Source: the human T2T-CHM13v2.0 reference genome, Homo sapiens. Taken from it: a stretch of DNA of 64,000 nucleotides. The notes beneath the pieces were generated by a model. It searched no databases. It saw only the letters and a list, made by a program, of their open reading frames with translations, and was not told where the DNA came from. Below, piece by piece: positions 19,881 to 41,150 of the stretch. Position 1 is the stretch's first letter. Each line of letters begins with the position of its first letter. The stretch lies in NCBI RefSeq assembly GCF_009914755.1, contig NC_060925.1. One strand, given 5' to 3'. Both the position numbers and the translations under genes were made by a program.

Positions 19881-20214
19881 TTTGAATTGCTCATCTGACC
19901 TACACTGAATTCCCTTTCCTTGTTACAAAAAGTACCCCAAGTGATTTTTCCCAGCTTGAACTCTTCCTGATCCCCAAAACTATTCATATTTGGAAAACGG
20001 CATGTTAGTGCAGGAAGGGTCCTCTTCCAGAGGTTTGCTTCTCTCTTAGCTGGAAAATCATGAGATTTCAAAGCTGTTTTTCATTCCGTAAGTCAGATCT
20101 AATAGGCAACACACCCTTCCTCTCTAAGTGCTTCATGGGACACAAAGGACAGAATCCAAGCTTTTCCACTTGTGAGAAAGGATTATTTACAGTTCTTATT
20201 CCACGAGTCTAGAA

Positions 20215-21780
<1,566 letters not shown>

Positions 21781-22266
21781 AATAGAAATACTGGTTGAAG
21801 AGGTAAGGCAAGCAGACAGGACAGGCACAAGCCACCCAGTTAAGGAAAGGAAAAAAGGCCATGGGAGTGAAGAGCTCTCCCCTTAAAAGAGCACAGTTCG
21901 ACTTACACACACAGAGGAATGGAATTTAGTCACCGCTTGGTGCCACCCACAGGGTAGTACCCAGTGCTCCTTCTACCTGATGCTCTTTTCTGCCTTAATA
22001 CCCCGGGTACACACATCTCAGAATACCCAGCAGTAACACATGAGTCCATTTTCCAGATAATCACTCATTCTGGAGAAATGAAGGTACAAGAGGCCATGCA
22101 GGCAGAGGCAATCCCCACGTTCCAGCAGCTTCTGCAACAGCACTTTTGGCTCTAGGCACTTACAGAATGATGCGAACCGCTCAGCTTGAGCTCGTCTCAC
22201 ACGTGAGAGGCCTGGTGCAAGCCAAGCCCTGGCAGGAAGGTACCAAGGGGAACCAGGCCCACATAC

Positions 22267-22469
22267 CATCATACTGATGCCTACAGAAGCCTGGGCCCCG
22301 GCCCTGAGCCCATCTGAGAGGTTTTCAGTCACTGAGCGCCCCAGGAGTGCAGTGTCTGATGAGAGGCGGTTAATCAATTCTCCTGTGCGAGTCTTGTCAA
22401 AGAAAGCAACCTCCTGCCTCAGAATGGAGGAGAATAATGAAGTTCTCAGCCTATTCACAATGCGCTGAC
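22267..22469 (-). CDS. ABCB10: ABCB10 exon 3 (203 nt)
   Basis: ttttgcag| acceptor, ATG|GTATGT donor; [40 protein letters not shown] (ABCB coupling-helix motif). Confidence 0.97.
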
Positions 22470-22756
22470 CTGCAAAAGCAAACACGAACAGGCTCACCAA
22501 GGGTAAAGACATCCATTACCATTATGGGGCAGCCACTTACTGTGCAGCAGCTTGGCCTGGAGTTGTAACCCTCCTGAGCAATGCAGCCTCTGAGCGTGTC
22601 TGCTGCACTGTATCCCATGGGTGGAAAGAGACTTTCCCAAACCAGGCACATTAACTGTCATGCACTACTAACACTACTTTTCTCTTATTAACTACAGACT
22701 GTGGGCGCTAGTGAGAGGATACAGGAATAAAATAAATATAACATGACTCAGAGGCC

Positions 22757-23794
<1,038 letters not shown>

Positions 23795-24001
23795 TAAAAG
23801 AAGAGTTGAGAGTGCTTGATCTAAAATAATCTGTAACTCCAACATCTGGGCAGTCATTGGACTCTATCCCCACTTAATGGGATGCCAGGAAGAGAGGAAG
23901 AGAATGGAGCCTGGAGCACATGAGATTTGAGCCCGAACAAACCCACAGGACTCTACATCTTCTTCAGGATGACTCACATCCCTGAGAGGAGAGACTGTTA
24001 C

Positions 24002-24202
24002 CTGAAGTTTGCATGAGGTAGACACGAATGGCATTGGCGGCAGCACCACACAGAAACACGGCACTGAGCCCTAGGCAGAGGCGGGTCAGGTTGTCGCTGT
24101 AGTCCACAGTGGGGTTGGTATAGATGACATCAATGATCTTCCCCAGGAAGAAAGGGGCAGACATGGAGATAACACTGGACATCGTGAGAAATCCAACCGC
24201 AG
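24002..24202 (-). CDS. ABCB10: ABCB10 exon 2 (201 nt), transmembrane domain
   Basis: ttttctag| acceptor, CAG|GTAACA donor; [25 protein letters not shown]...YLMQTS continues exon 1 in phase 1. Confidence 0.97.
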
Positions 24203-24672
24203 CTAGAAAACACAAGCACTCTCAATGTTCAGGTTGCTTCAGCAAAGGGGCTGCGGTGCTGAGTCCAGGAGGCTTCCTTGCCAAATAAGCTGTTGTCAGA
24301 GTATGCGTTGATCTCAGTCTCTAGCAGTTTCCTCCCTTTTGCTCCTCGATCTCTGACTCAAGGGAAGAACCAAATGGTTCCAGGTGAGAACAAGCAGGTT
24401 GACTAAGGAAGTGAGTGATCATATCTGAATCAGAGAAGATGACTTCTTAGTCTGATCAACTCTTCCTCACCAAGAAAAACTGGGAGCCAACTATGGAACC
24501 GTTCTGGCCAGCCCCTTCCTCCCCATCTCTTGATTTTGGTGTTCATCAGATTGTATTTTTCCTCCATTCATGCTATACATGCTATACTCCTTGGCATCTA
24601 ACTATATTGTAACTTGAAGATCAAGCTGTCTAGTTAAAGCCCTTGATTACATCTAGTATCTCAAAACACTCT

Positions 24673-24792
24673 GTCTACGGCCATACACTCTGAACGCACC
24701 CAATCTTGTCTGACCTCAGAAGCTACGCAGGGCGAGGCCTCACTAGTACTTGGATGGGAGACTGCCTGGGAATACAAGGTGCTGCAGGCTTT
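24673..24792 (+). pseudogene. Full-length 5S rRNA pseudogene
   Basis: GTCTACGGCCATAC...TAGTACTTGGATGGGAGACTGCCTGGGAATAC...GGCTTT with many CpG-decay changes and an (AAAC)n tail. Confidence 0.95.
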
Positions 24793-25293
24793 AAACAAAC
24801 AAACAACCCATTCCAGATAACTTTTGGAAAACCGTTTCACGGATCATTACACAGAAGCAAATGTCAATAAAACATGTGATATATTGCTTCTTAATATTGT
24901 ATTATTGCTTTGCGAAATATCAACATGATATGAAAATAAATATGAACAGGATTGTTCATGCACCTAAAAAACAGGCAAACAAGATAGAGTCTTATCTGAA
25001 GAGAAAATATTGGCTTGGCACAGTGGCTCATGCCTGTAATCCCAGCACTTCAGGAGGCTGAGGTGGGTGGATTGTTTGAGCCCAGGAGATCCAGACCAGC
25101 CTAGACAACATGGCAAAACCCTGTCTCTACAGAAAATACAGAAACTAGCCAGGGTGGTAGCATGCACCTGTAGTCCCAGCTACTCAGAAGCCTGAGGTAG
25201 GAGGATTACTTGAGCCCAGGAGGTCGAGACTGCAGTGAGCCATGATTATGCCACTGCACTCCAGCCTGGGTGACACAGCAATATGCTGTCTCC

Positions 25294-25325
<32 letters not shown>

Positions 25326-25429
25326 GAAAATCCACATAAATAGGCCAGGTATGGTGGCTCACGCCTGTAATCCCAGCACTTTGGGAGGCCAAGGCGGGTA
25401 GGTCACTTCAGCTCAGGAGTTCAAGACTA

Positions 25430-25666
<237 letters not shown>

Positions 25667-27912
25667 TTAGTAACAACACATATCACAGATAACTGCATTC
25701 ATAATAAGACAAATGCATTTTTTTAAAAGATAGTGATGGGGGTCTCACTATGTTGCCCAGGCTGGTATCAAACTCCTGGCCTCAAGCAGTCCTCCCATCT
25801 CAGCCTTGCAAAGTGCTGGGATTGTGGGCATGAGCCACTGCACCCAGCAAAAAGTATTACTGTTATATAACCTTAATAAAGAGTCCAGAGCAAACTCAGT
25901 GCCAACTGGACATTTAGTCGACAAACAGAGTTCTAGGAAAAACATGGGCCTTTTTAAGTGGGGAACATTTAGAAAAATTGCTCTTGCCCCTCCTTAAGGT
26001 CTTTATAAAGTCCCCTCCCCAAAAAGGCCTGCTCTGACAGCCTCACTTAAAATACAGACACCCTACACTACCCACCTCACTCCCTCTCCATTTGTGTTCT
26101 CGAAGCTCCTACCTTTCAGCATTCTAAATGTTTCACTTGTTTATTTAGTTTCTCTCTCCATTAGGACATAAAAGATTTTGGTCTGCTTTGTCACTGATTG
26201 CCTACAGTGACAGGCACATAGGAGAATCTCAATCACTATTTTGTTGGATGAACAAACAAATAAATTGAACTTTGGCAATGGAAGCAATAACGTCTATCAG
26301 ATCAAAATTCTTCAATAGCCTAAGCAGAAATGTGAATTCTGGCAGCTCATAAAGTCCATATGCCTGGCTTAAAATCCCATAATCACAATCTAACTGAATA
26401 ATAGGAAGCTGGGCAAGGGTCACTTCATTTTGACGTAAAGCCCGGGGTCTTGTTTCAAAGCACCATGCTTCTTACAACAGTGCCCAAAGGGGCTTGAAGG
26501 CCCAAAGGACAGGGAGTGTGTCTAACTTGAGGTTCCGAGTACCTCAGCCTCGATGAACTGGCAGCTCCAGAAAGAGTCATCCTGGCAAATTCAGGATTCA
26601 GCAGAAAATTCTTTTTGTCCTTCATCAGTAGCTAATCTCTGTTCTTTCGCCTCAGTGAATAATTCCGAAAGCACAGTGTATGTGACCTGCTATATAAAGG
26701 TCCACCTCTTCCCTCCTCCTCTAGTTTTCTAAATCAGTTATGATTCTACAATACGAATCCATATGACATGAATGAAATGCCCCCTAATTATGATTCTGAG
26801 TCTTGTTCTCACATAGTAATAATGCTGATTACAAAGAGGAAGTAATTTAGCTGAATCCAAATTAATTTCAGGATATCCCCCCACACTTTTACTTTTTAAT
26901 AATCATTTAAAAATTATCAGCTTGTTTTATTGTCATTTGCTTCTTTGTCCAATTTGAATGTAAGAAAAGTAAAATATTTTTTGGCTTTTAGTTAACTGGA
27001 TTCTTGTTAATCAAGATCTGACTACATATCACTGTCTTCTGATATTAATGAATACTTTAGACTTGCTCCATAAACATCATTTCAGATTCCACCACAAGCC
27101 CTGGACACAACTGAGCATACTGCAATTCTGAAATTCTCCCACACCTTTTCTCCATAGTTAAGTCTCTTGCTTGCCCCCACCCTTGCCTGATGCGGCCCCA
27201 GCAACTTCTCCCATTATCTATTTCTTGACAGATACCTTCAAGTATCTTTGTTACCTCATTCTACTGAATTGCAGCAAAGATGGAAACAAATATCCTTCAA
27301 AAGAAAGGGGAAGGAAAATCTGAATTGCAGATTGCTGGACAACAGCGCTGGATAGAAGAGGTTGGGGGTGGTTGGAGGAAGCTGTACACTGTGCCTACCA
27401 CCTGCCCACTGCTGAACAGGGCACCCATCTGGTTATATCAGGCAGGTACAGCAATCCCCACTGTCATTCAAGGACTCAAAGGCAGCACTTCAGAGTCCTC
27501 ACCATTATCTGAAGGATCTGGCATCCATCATCTTAAATCCTCCCTTTCACCCTCATCTTATCCTCGTTTTTCAGAGAGGAATCTCGAACACAGAGAGAGG
27601 GAGCCTACGCAAGGTCTCCCAATTTACACATCACAGAACCACATTCTGCGACAAAGCCTGTCTTTGGCATCTTCCCACATCCCAAGCAGAGGAAGAGGAA
27701 GCACAGGCCTCACCTTGGAATCAGGGAAGGGAGCAGAAAGCCTGGCAGGATGGAGCAGGGGCAGAGACCTCATGGGTGCACAGGAAGGAGAACTGAGAAA
27801 TGAAATGAAGCCTCTAGATTATAGAACAGAAGGATTTTGTGGCAAGGTCGGCCTAAAAGGGCTTTACACTGGGGAATGATCCAGCCAGATTTGCTTTTTT
27901 TTTTTGAGATAG

Positions 27913-28059
<147 letters not shown>

Positions 28060-28405
28060 TAGTAGAGATGAGGTTTCTCCATGTTGGTCAGGCTGGTCTT
28101 GAACTGCCGACCTCAGGTGATCCGCCCGCCTCAGCCTCCCAAAGTACTGGGATTACAGGCGTGAGCCACCGCACCCAGCCAGATTTGCATTTTTAAATGA
28201 TCCACTCTGGCTACAGAGCGAAAGGAGCAGCGGACAGAGCACTGTTCTAGTGCCCTAGGTGAGAAGCAAACTTAGGGCGAAGTAGGCTGGGGACAGAGGG
28301 ATAAAGGGCAGAGTATAGGACTACAGATATTTTTAAGAACTAGGACGTGATGACTGGTTGGATGTGAGCATTTTTCCTCTCTGAAAAATGAGGATAAGAT
28401 GAGGG

Positions 28406-28555
28406 TTAAAGGGAGGATTTAGGATGAGGAATGCCTAACCTAGGAGGGCCGTTTTGAGGTTGAGTTGGTCAGCATTGGGTCGGAACCCTGACGAACTCAA
28501 CCTCAGAACCGGCCCTCCTAGGTTAGGCATTCGTTATCTTAAGTTCTCCTTTTAA
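28406..28555. repeat. Inverted repeat: 67/68-bp arms, 15-nt spacer
   Basis: 28406-28472 pairs with 28488-28555; TTAA at both ends. Confidence 0.92.
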
Positions 28556-28740
28556 GCTCTGCCATCTAGCTGTTTGACCTTGCATAAGTCACTCCATCTC
28601 TCTGTGCCCAGTTTCCTCATTTGTAAAATGGCAATAGAAACAATCCCTCCCTCACAGAATTATGAGTAAACTACACACATATTCAAAGCATCTGGTACAA
28701 TGCCCAGGGCTGAGTACACAAGAAATATTAACTATTATCT
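28556..28740 (+). mobile_element. MIR
   Basis: Core ctctgtgccccagtttcctcatttgtaaaatgg. Confidence 0.7.
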
Positions 28741-30820
28741 TTATTACTACCATTATAAGAACAACCCATGTCTCTGGCCAAGGCCAAGAGGTTCGCACTG
28801 CAGTCTCTCTCACTGAACCAAGAGACAGAAGAGGAAAGATGCTTTGCGGAGAAAGGTAACTTTGGTTTTTAGACATGTTTGGTTTGCTGGAGTCTGGGAC
28901 ACATTTCCACGGATGCAGGTGGGTGTGATGGAGAACACAGGAGTTGAGGGTGTGGGGGAGATGGAGGCTGAGTGAAGAGACTCGGCATCTGCGCTGGGTA
29001 GAGAATGAGTGAGGACATGAGCGGCTGACAGATGAGAAGGGAGTAGAGGAAGAAGCCAGGGACTCCAGGTTCTGGAAATCTGGAGAAGAAAGATCTGAGC
29101 CCCCATGTGTCTGGTGCAAGATCAGACTGTCTCTGTCCATGCTATTAGCATGCTCTAGAGTTAGGAGTATCCCAAAGACAAAATTAAAATAAAACAGTTA
29201 GGGGTACCTGTCCCATGAACCACAGGAGGGTTCGCCATGGACTCTAACAGACATATGATGGGAGCCACCTAGGTAATTTAAACTTCTCTAGTTGCCACAT
29301 TATAAAAAGGAATACGTAAAATTAATTTTAATAACATTTTACTTGACCCAATATATCCAAAATATTATCCACACATGATCAACATAAAAAATTAGTAAGA
29401 TATTTTACATTTTTTCTCTACTGTCCTTCTGGAATCTGATGTGACAGCACAGCTACAGAATGCTCAGTTTCGCTGAAACAATGTATTTCTGTAGCACACG
29501 CACATCCCTGGCTTTCGGGGGCAGTTCCGATTTCAAAGGTTCATCCATCCCAGCCCCCACAGGGCACTGTCCCTGCGGGATCTCCATCCTCACTGGGCTT
29601 CAGGAAGTAGCTACTCTGGCCTCCTTGCCCACCATACCCACTGCTTTTGTCACTATATTCACTGTGGTCACTCACGGCCCATCTTCATAAAATGCAACTA
29701 CAAACTCAGCAAAAGCTGCCAGCAGGCTTCAGGTTCTCAGAGCAGTCCTGCCCTCAAACCACACACCAGCCCCTTATCAGTAACTGCAGTGAGAGGAGCC
29801 CTCCTGAGTCCTCCACACAGGCACCAACTGAACATGCCCCAGCGGAGGGGATACATGTGTGCAGTCCACAGTTTAATGAAGGCATGCTGCCCACCCCGCC
29901 GAAGCCCCCCACACAAAAAACCTCCAGGAGGCAGCTTTGCCCTAATCTCACAGTACTGTAGGGGCCCACATTTGCTCCTAAAACCCTGCCCCTAACTCAC
30001 TCAGGTCAGAGCCTCATCTATCTGCCAGGCACAGCCAGACGGTTCTGATGAAGTGTCGCTTATCCCATCAATCCACACCCTGCTCCTCCTCAAGCACCTG
30101 CATCTTTTAAGAGTCCTTCTGGCCAAAGTGATACGATGGAGAATTATCAGTGAAAAGGGACCTTACATCTGTATGAAGACAGCTGCGAATTCCTCCCCAA
30201 AGGGGCGGCTTAGGCCTTCCTTTAGAAGAGGAATGTAACACAGTTATGCTAAAGCTGCTTTCAGCACACGTCTGTACATATTTCATGGTAGACTGTGTTT
30301 TTAAAGTTTCTGATGCAATCAAAGTTTTCTGTTCACACAGTTTAGGAGGCATACCCAGCAAAATGCTGAGACAGATGGAGGTATTATTATTAAAATATAA
30401 AGCTGCATTTTTGAAAAAAGATTTTTGTATTTTTCTAAAAATTAACAAATTAACATTGGAATTCCTTTTCAGCTCAGCTTTTTTAGTGTTTTGATTAGAA
30501 AATACACACACGCAATTGCTCTTTACCTCCAGCATTTCAAAGAGATGTGCCAACACCTCAGGCTGCTCTTAGAATGATAAATTACACATTTTTTTTTAAT
30601 TACAAATTAACAATGACCACCACTTCCTCTTAATCCTAACTGGCTTTAATATATAATAACTTCTCAGGAAATCATACATCTAAATAAGGGCTTTTTATCA
30701 GATATCCTTATCCTCATAACATACAATATGTATTTATCTGTTTGAAAAGCAAAAAAAAAAAAAAAAATAGTGTGCCAACCCTAGGCTTGTTTCTTCAAAT
30801 TATATATTCATAATTTCTCA

Positions 30821-31141
<321 letters not shown>

Positions 31142-32897
31142 TCAAAAAAAAAAAAAAAAGGTACGAGCTGGGTGTGGTGGCACATGCCTGTAGTCCCAAC
31201 TACTCAGGAGGTAGAGGCAGAGCTGCTTGAGCTGAGGAGTTCAACACAAGTCTCAGCAACACAGTGAGACCCCTATCCCAGAAAAACAAAAGAAGAAAGA
31301 AAAAAGGAGGCAGTCTCGTCTTGTTTAAGGCTGTCACCAAAACATACTAGCATGGCAGGATATCTGGGGACAGAGTGAGGGGTCACAGGAACAATGGTCA
31401 TGGCATAAGAGGACTGGGCACGTGTAGGCCACCAAAGCCTGACACCTAAACACCCTTCCTGACATCTAGTATTTCAGAAACAAAACAGAACTGGATTTCC
31501 TTACACTTACTTTGAGTCACATACAGAAGTGGTGGGCGCACCCGATGATGCTCAGGGTTTCTAAAGGCCTCACTCTGTGCCTGGTGGTATGGTCATTTAT
31601 TCCTTCACTGAAGGCACTCTGAGCGCCTGCTCTGTGCCGTGCACATGCTAAGAACTAGAGACAGAAAGATGAATCGCACAGTCCCCGTCTCAAGCAGCTC
31701 AAAGTCCAGTGAGAGCTCCTAGTCTCCAATGTTTTTAAAAAGAGGAAAGAGAAAAAGATATTTTACAACAAAATCTACACTCAACCAACTGAACAATGAA
31801 ATAATTCTCTTTACACCCGAGTGATATCAACAGCCCCCTAAGCTTTCATAGCAACTGGTAGATGAAAAGTCGCCACCCTAACTGCTCTCCTCCACTGTGC
31901 AAACCTACTCTAAATCCCAAATCACTACCCAGGAGGGTCCTTTCTAAAGCAATGGATTTGCAGCAAAGAATGCTTTTCTGGTGTTGCACCTGACAACCTC
32001 ACAGGCCCCCTTCCACAGCCCACAGGTGCAGGTTTACCTCTATACATACGAATATTTCATAGATGCTTCTCCCCACTAACCTAGAAGCCCCAGCAGAAGT
32101 GAGGACCATGTTTCCTTGTGCATGCCACTGTAAACCCAGGGCCCAGTCCAGAATGAGGGCTCAACAGATGTTTATAGAAGGAGTGAAGATTTAGAGAAAT
32201 CGAAAAAATTTTAGATCTTACAAGGCCCTTGCATCTAAACACTCCTCCAATTATGGCTAAAAAATGAGGAGCTATAGAAAACTGTCCTATTTAAATTTTG
32301 TTTCTAAAAACATTCATTTTGGCTTCTTTTAAAAAAGTTACTCAATTACTGAACAGATCACTGGTGTGGCCTGTTGAACACAGTGCTGTAACTTCCTGCA
32401 CAAGAGACAAGTCTGAAAGTTTTGCTTTCCGCTGTGAAAGCATTGGTGACTGCTTGACAGACTCGCTTGAAGCAAATAATGTGTTTTTGGTTAAAAAAAA
32501 AAAGTATAAACGCCTAATAACAAAATAGGCATATTTTTGGCTAGAATTTTTTTTTCCAAGGAAAAACCTCCAGCTCATTTTGCTGCCTAAGCCAAAACAG
32601 ATGCTCCCACTAAGTTGGTGGTGGAACAGACCCAAAGATTCCAATAATGACATATATAACGTGTGTCAACAAGAAAACAAATGTAAAATCTGCAAACGAG
32701 TCCCCAGCTAAGGCGAAATCTTGACAACGCTACTCTGAGGTGAGCGATCCCCTCCCTCCTCCGGGGTTAGGAGTGGCCCAGGAGAGGCGGCGGTGACACG
32801 CGCTCTGCGGCCCGGCCGTGTCCCTCTCGGCGCCCCGGGACCCCGCGTGTGGAGAAGGAGCGGCCCGGCGGAGGGAAGTGGCCGGGGAGGACCCTAC

Positions 32898-33414
32898 CTG
32901 CCAGCCTCCGGCGCTCAGGGTACGCCAGCCCCAGGAGCTTCCGGGCCTCCGGGAGTCCGGCCGCTGCGGGGCGCAGCCGCCCCTTGTCCCCGGGAGGCGC
33001 CGCCGGCCCGCGCCGCCAGGCCTCGTCCCCTGCCCAGGCAGCGGCTGCGGGACCGCCCGGGAACCGGGCGCGCGGGAGCCGAGGAGCGCCTGGCCCGGCA
33101 AAAGCCCCGCACCTGCAGCTGCCGGGGCCGCGAGCCCACAGCCCCAGGAGCCGCGCGAGGCCCAGGACGCCCCGCGAGGCGCCCGGACCCCCGCCCCGGC
33201 AGCCGCTCCTCCAGCGGCGCGCGGCTCCAACGCCCCAGAGCAGCGCGGGCCCCGCGCCCCATAGCCGCGCCGGCCTCAGGCCAGTGAACGGCGATAGGGA
33301 CCCGGGAACGCGGCTGGCCGCGGCCCACACGCAGGCTACCGGCAGGAGCCGACCTGGCTCGGCAGGGCTCGGTGGCTCGAGCAGCCGCAGCGGCCAGGCA
33401 GGGGGGCCTCGCAT
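32898..33414 (-). CDS. ABCB10: ABCB10 coding exon 1 (517 nt): long Arg/Gly/Ala-rich mitochondrial presequence
   Basis: [27 protein letters not shown]...PERRRLA; ATG in gccATGc context; donor CAG|GTAGGG at 32897. Confidence 0.97.
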
Positions 33415-33787
33415 GGCGCTGCGTGCGACCCGTACGCCTCAGCCCGCCGGCCAGGCGCGCGCAAAGCCCGAGGACCCTCCCGGCCCGGCCCCGAGCAAAG
33501 GGCGTGGACGCGGTGGCGCCCGCCCCTCCCCGCTGGCTGTCACCCGCCTTATCGTGCCTGCACCCTCGGGCTGCGCCCGCGCCCGCCCCCGCCCCATCCT
33601 CGTCCGCGCGGTGCCGCGCCTCTCCGCCCCACTCCGGGGACTGCAGCTACCCGGACCTTGCAAGCCACCCTTCCGAGCGCCCCCAACCCGCTCGGGTGCC
33701 CTCCCTGCAGCGCCCCCAACTGCCCGCTGGCGGAGGAGCGCCGGGCGCGCCAGCTGGGACGAGGCCCGGGAAGCCCAGGAGCACGGC

Positions 33788-33799
33788 TGCGCCTGCGTA
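33788..33799 (+). promoter_or_regulatory. NRF1-like site TGCGCCTGCGTA
   Basis: Near match to the NRF1 palindrome (T/C)GCGCA(T/C)GCGC in the promoter of a nuclear-encoded mitochondrial gene. Confidence 0.4.
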
Positions 33800-33816
33800 C
33801 TGGGCGCAGGGAACTT

Positions 33817-33824
33817 TTTCGCGC
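33817..33824 (+). promoter_or_regulatory. E2F consensus site TTTCGCGC
   Basis: Exact TTTSSCGC match inside the CpG island. Confidence 0.6.
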
Positions 33825-34138
33825 TTCGCCGTCCCCTCTGGTCTGAACTTGGGAACGACACGAGCTCTTTCTCACGCCGGCAGACCAGGCGGAGCGCGCA
33901 GACGCGACCACACGATGGCCGGCACAAAGATGGGGCGGGAGGACAGCGTGCTGGATACGGCGTGGGGCGGGTCCGCGGCCCGGGAGACCCATGCTGGGGC
34001 GGCCCTGTCACTCGTCTCGCTGCCAAGCACAGGGCTGAGGTGCGGAGGGACCACTGAGAGGACTTCGCTGCGTGTCAGCTCAGCTCTGGACGGCGTGGAG
34101 GAGGTGGTTGGCGAATAGTGAAATGTATATAACTTTGA

Positions 34139-37595
<3,457 letters not shown>

Positions 37596-38503
37596 TCTTC
37601 ACTGCCTCTTTAGAAATTAGGATCAAGTTCCTGGGCCTCTGAAAAAAGCAAAAAAAGAAATAAATAAAGACAAAAAACAAAACAAAAAATGCTCTAAGGT
37701 GTGTTTGGAAAAGAATAAAACAAGCCAGTTAGATGTGATTGGATTAATAAAATACCACAGCAAAGCAAGAAAGGGCTGTGTATTAATGCCAAGAGAATAA
37801 CAAAAGTTTAAGTCCTGCCCACAAGAAAGACACAGAAGGCTCTTGATGGAGGTGTGACTGAACCAAGAGGTAAAATCTGGCCCTCTGAATAGACTCTTAA
37901 TAGGTTTCGTGGCTAACAGGTATTGAATTCAAAAGGGACTTCTTTTGATGCAACTTGAGAGCTGTTGGGATTACTTCAAGAGCAATTCCACCTGTGGGTG
38001 CTTGTCCCTCTCTAAGGGTGGCAAAGGAGGGAGCCCACGTGGACAGCAGGAACGGGTACACGATAGCACAAGAATCAAAACAAAGGCTCTCTGGTCGGAG
38101 TTTGTAAGCTGATTAGGGGTGTCATTTGACCCTTATTGGTACATTCTTGTTCTTTCGACTCAAGCCTGCAGCTCATCATGTCAAGGGTAGGGTGTCAGGA
38201 CTGTGGCTGAAGATGAAGCAAGCAGCTCAGTGAAGCATGCACAGCAAAGGCGTGGAATCCACGTGGGGCAGGAGTGCTTTGTAAATTCCTCTGAAGAGGT
38301 TAGGATCGAAGCTTTTGGCAACTCACCTGTACTGTGTGATTACAGTGAATGCTGAGGCTGTAACTTTAACCTCTTAGCACTATGCCTTAGGCAGGTGAGT
38401 GCACTGTAGGTAGAAGGCTTCAGCATCTTTTACATTTTACATTTTATATAGCTTTTACATTTCTTTCTCTCACCTTCTCACAAAAGAGCCCAAAGAAAGG
38501 TTG

Positions 38504-39275
<772 letters not shown>

Positions 39276-39689
39276 AAAGTCCTGACATCAGTATCTTGAA
39301 TAATACTGCAGTAGATGTTCAGTATTTGTCTATTTACTCATGTTTGGCCAAAAAAGCAACTGAGTTACTGAGGCTGCTTAAGATAGTCAGTTTGCTGATC
39401 ATACCTGTTACAATACTTACCTTCATTTTACCGCAAGTATGTTCAACAGCCATCCAGATTTCAGACTACACAAAGAACCTTGCAGGATGTAATGAAATGT
39501 AGCTCAGGACTCTTCTACCACAAACAAGACAGTGAGCCTGATTCTATATGTTTTACAATATTTAGATACATAGGGGAGCGGGTGAAAAAAATTAGATACA
39601 GTATTTTTTCATATGTTAAGAGTCTGAGGTTGGACTCAGACAAATAGAAAAAGCATCCATACCCTATCACTTGTTTGTGTTTTAAAATT

Positions 39690-40830
<1,141 letters not shown>

Positions 40831-40891
40831 GGCTGGGTACAGTGGCTCATGCACCCTCCCAAAGTGCTGGGAGGCCAAGACAGGTGGATCA

Positions 40892-41150
<259 letters not shown>

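Larger units (their letters stand above)
32730..34120. promoter_or_regulatory. ABCB10: CpG island / TATA-less ABCB10 promoter
   Basis: Very GC- and CpG-dense; covers exon 1 and about 700 bp upstream; several GC boxes (CCCGCCCC at about 33519-33595). Confidence 0.93.

Noticed and set aside
27280-27879. 199-aa ATG-initiated plus-strand ORF in intron 1
   Set aside because: No recognisable domain, promoter or splice structure, and the 3' part looks L2-derived; likely chance, though not excluded without Ribo-seq
33439-34026. Minus-strand ORFs upstream of the ABCB10 ATG as possible uORFs
   Set aside because: They start several hundred bases into the presumed promoter, and there is no ATG in the proximal leader
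32849-34057. 402-aa plus-strand ORF, and other overlapping ORFs, across the CpG island
   Set aside because: GTG start, low-complexity Arg/Pro/Ala/Gly content, no domain; stop codons are naturally scarce in very GC-rich DNA antisense to a real exon
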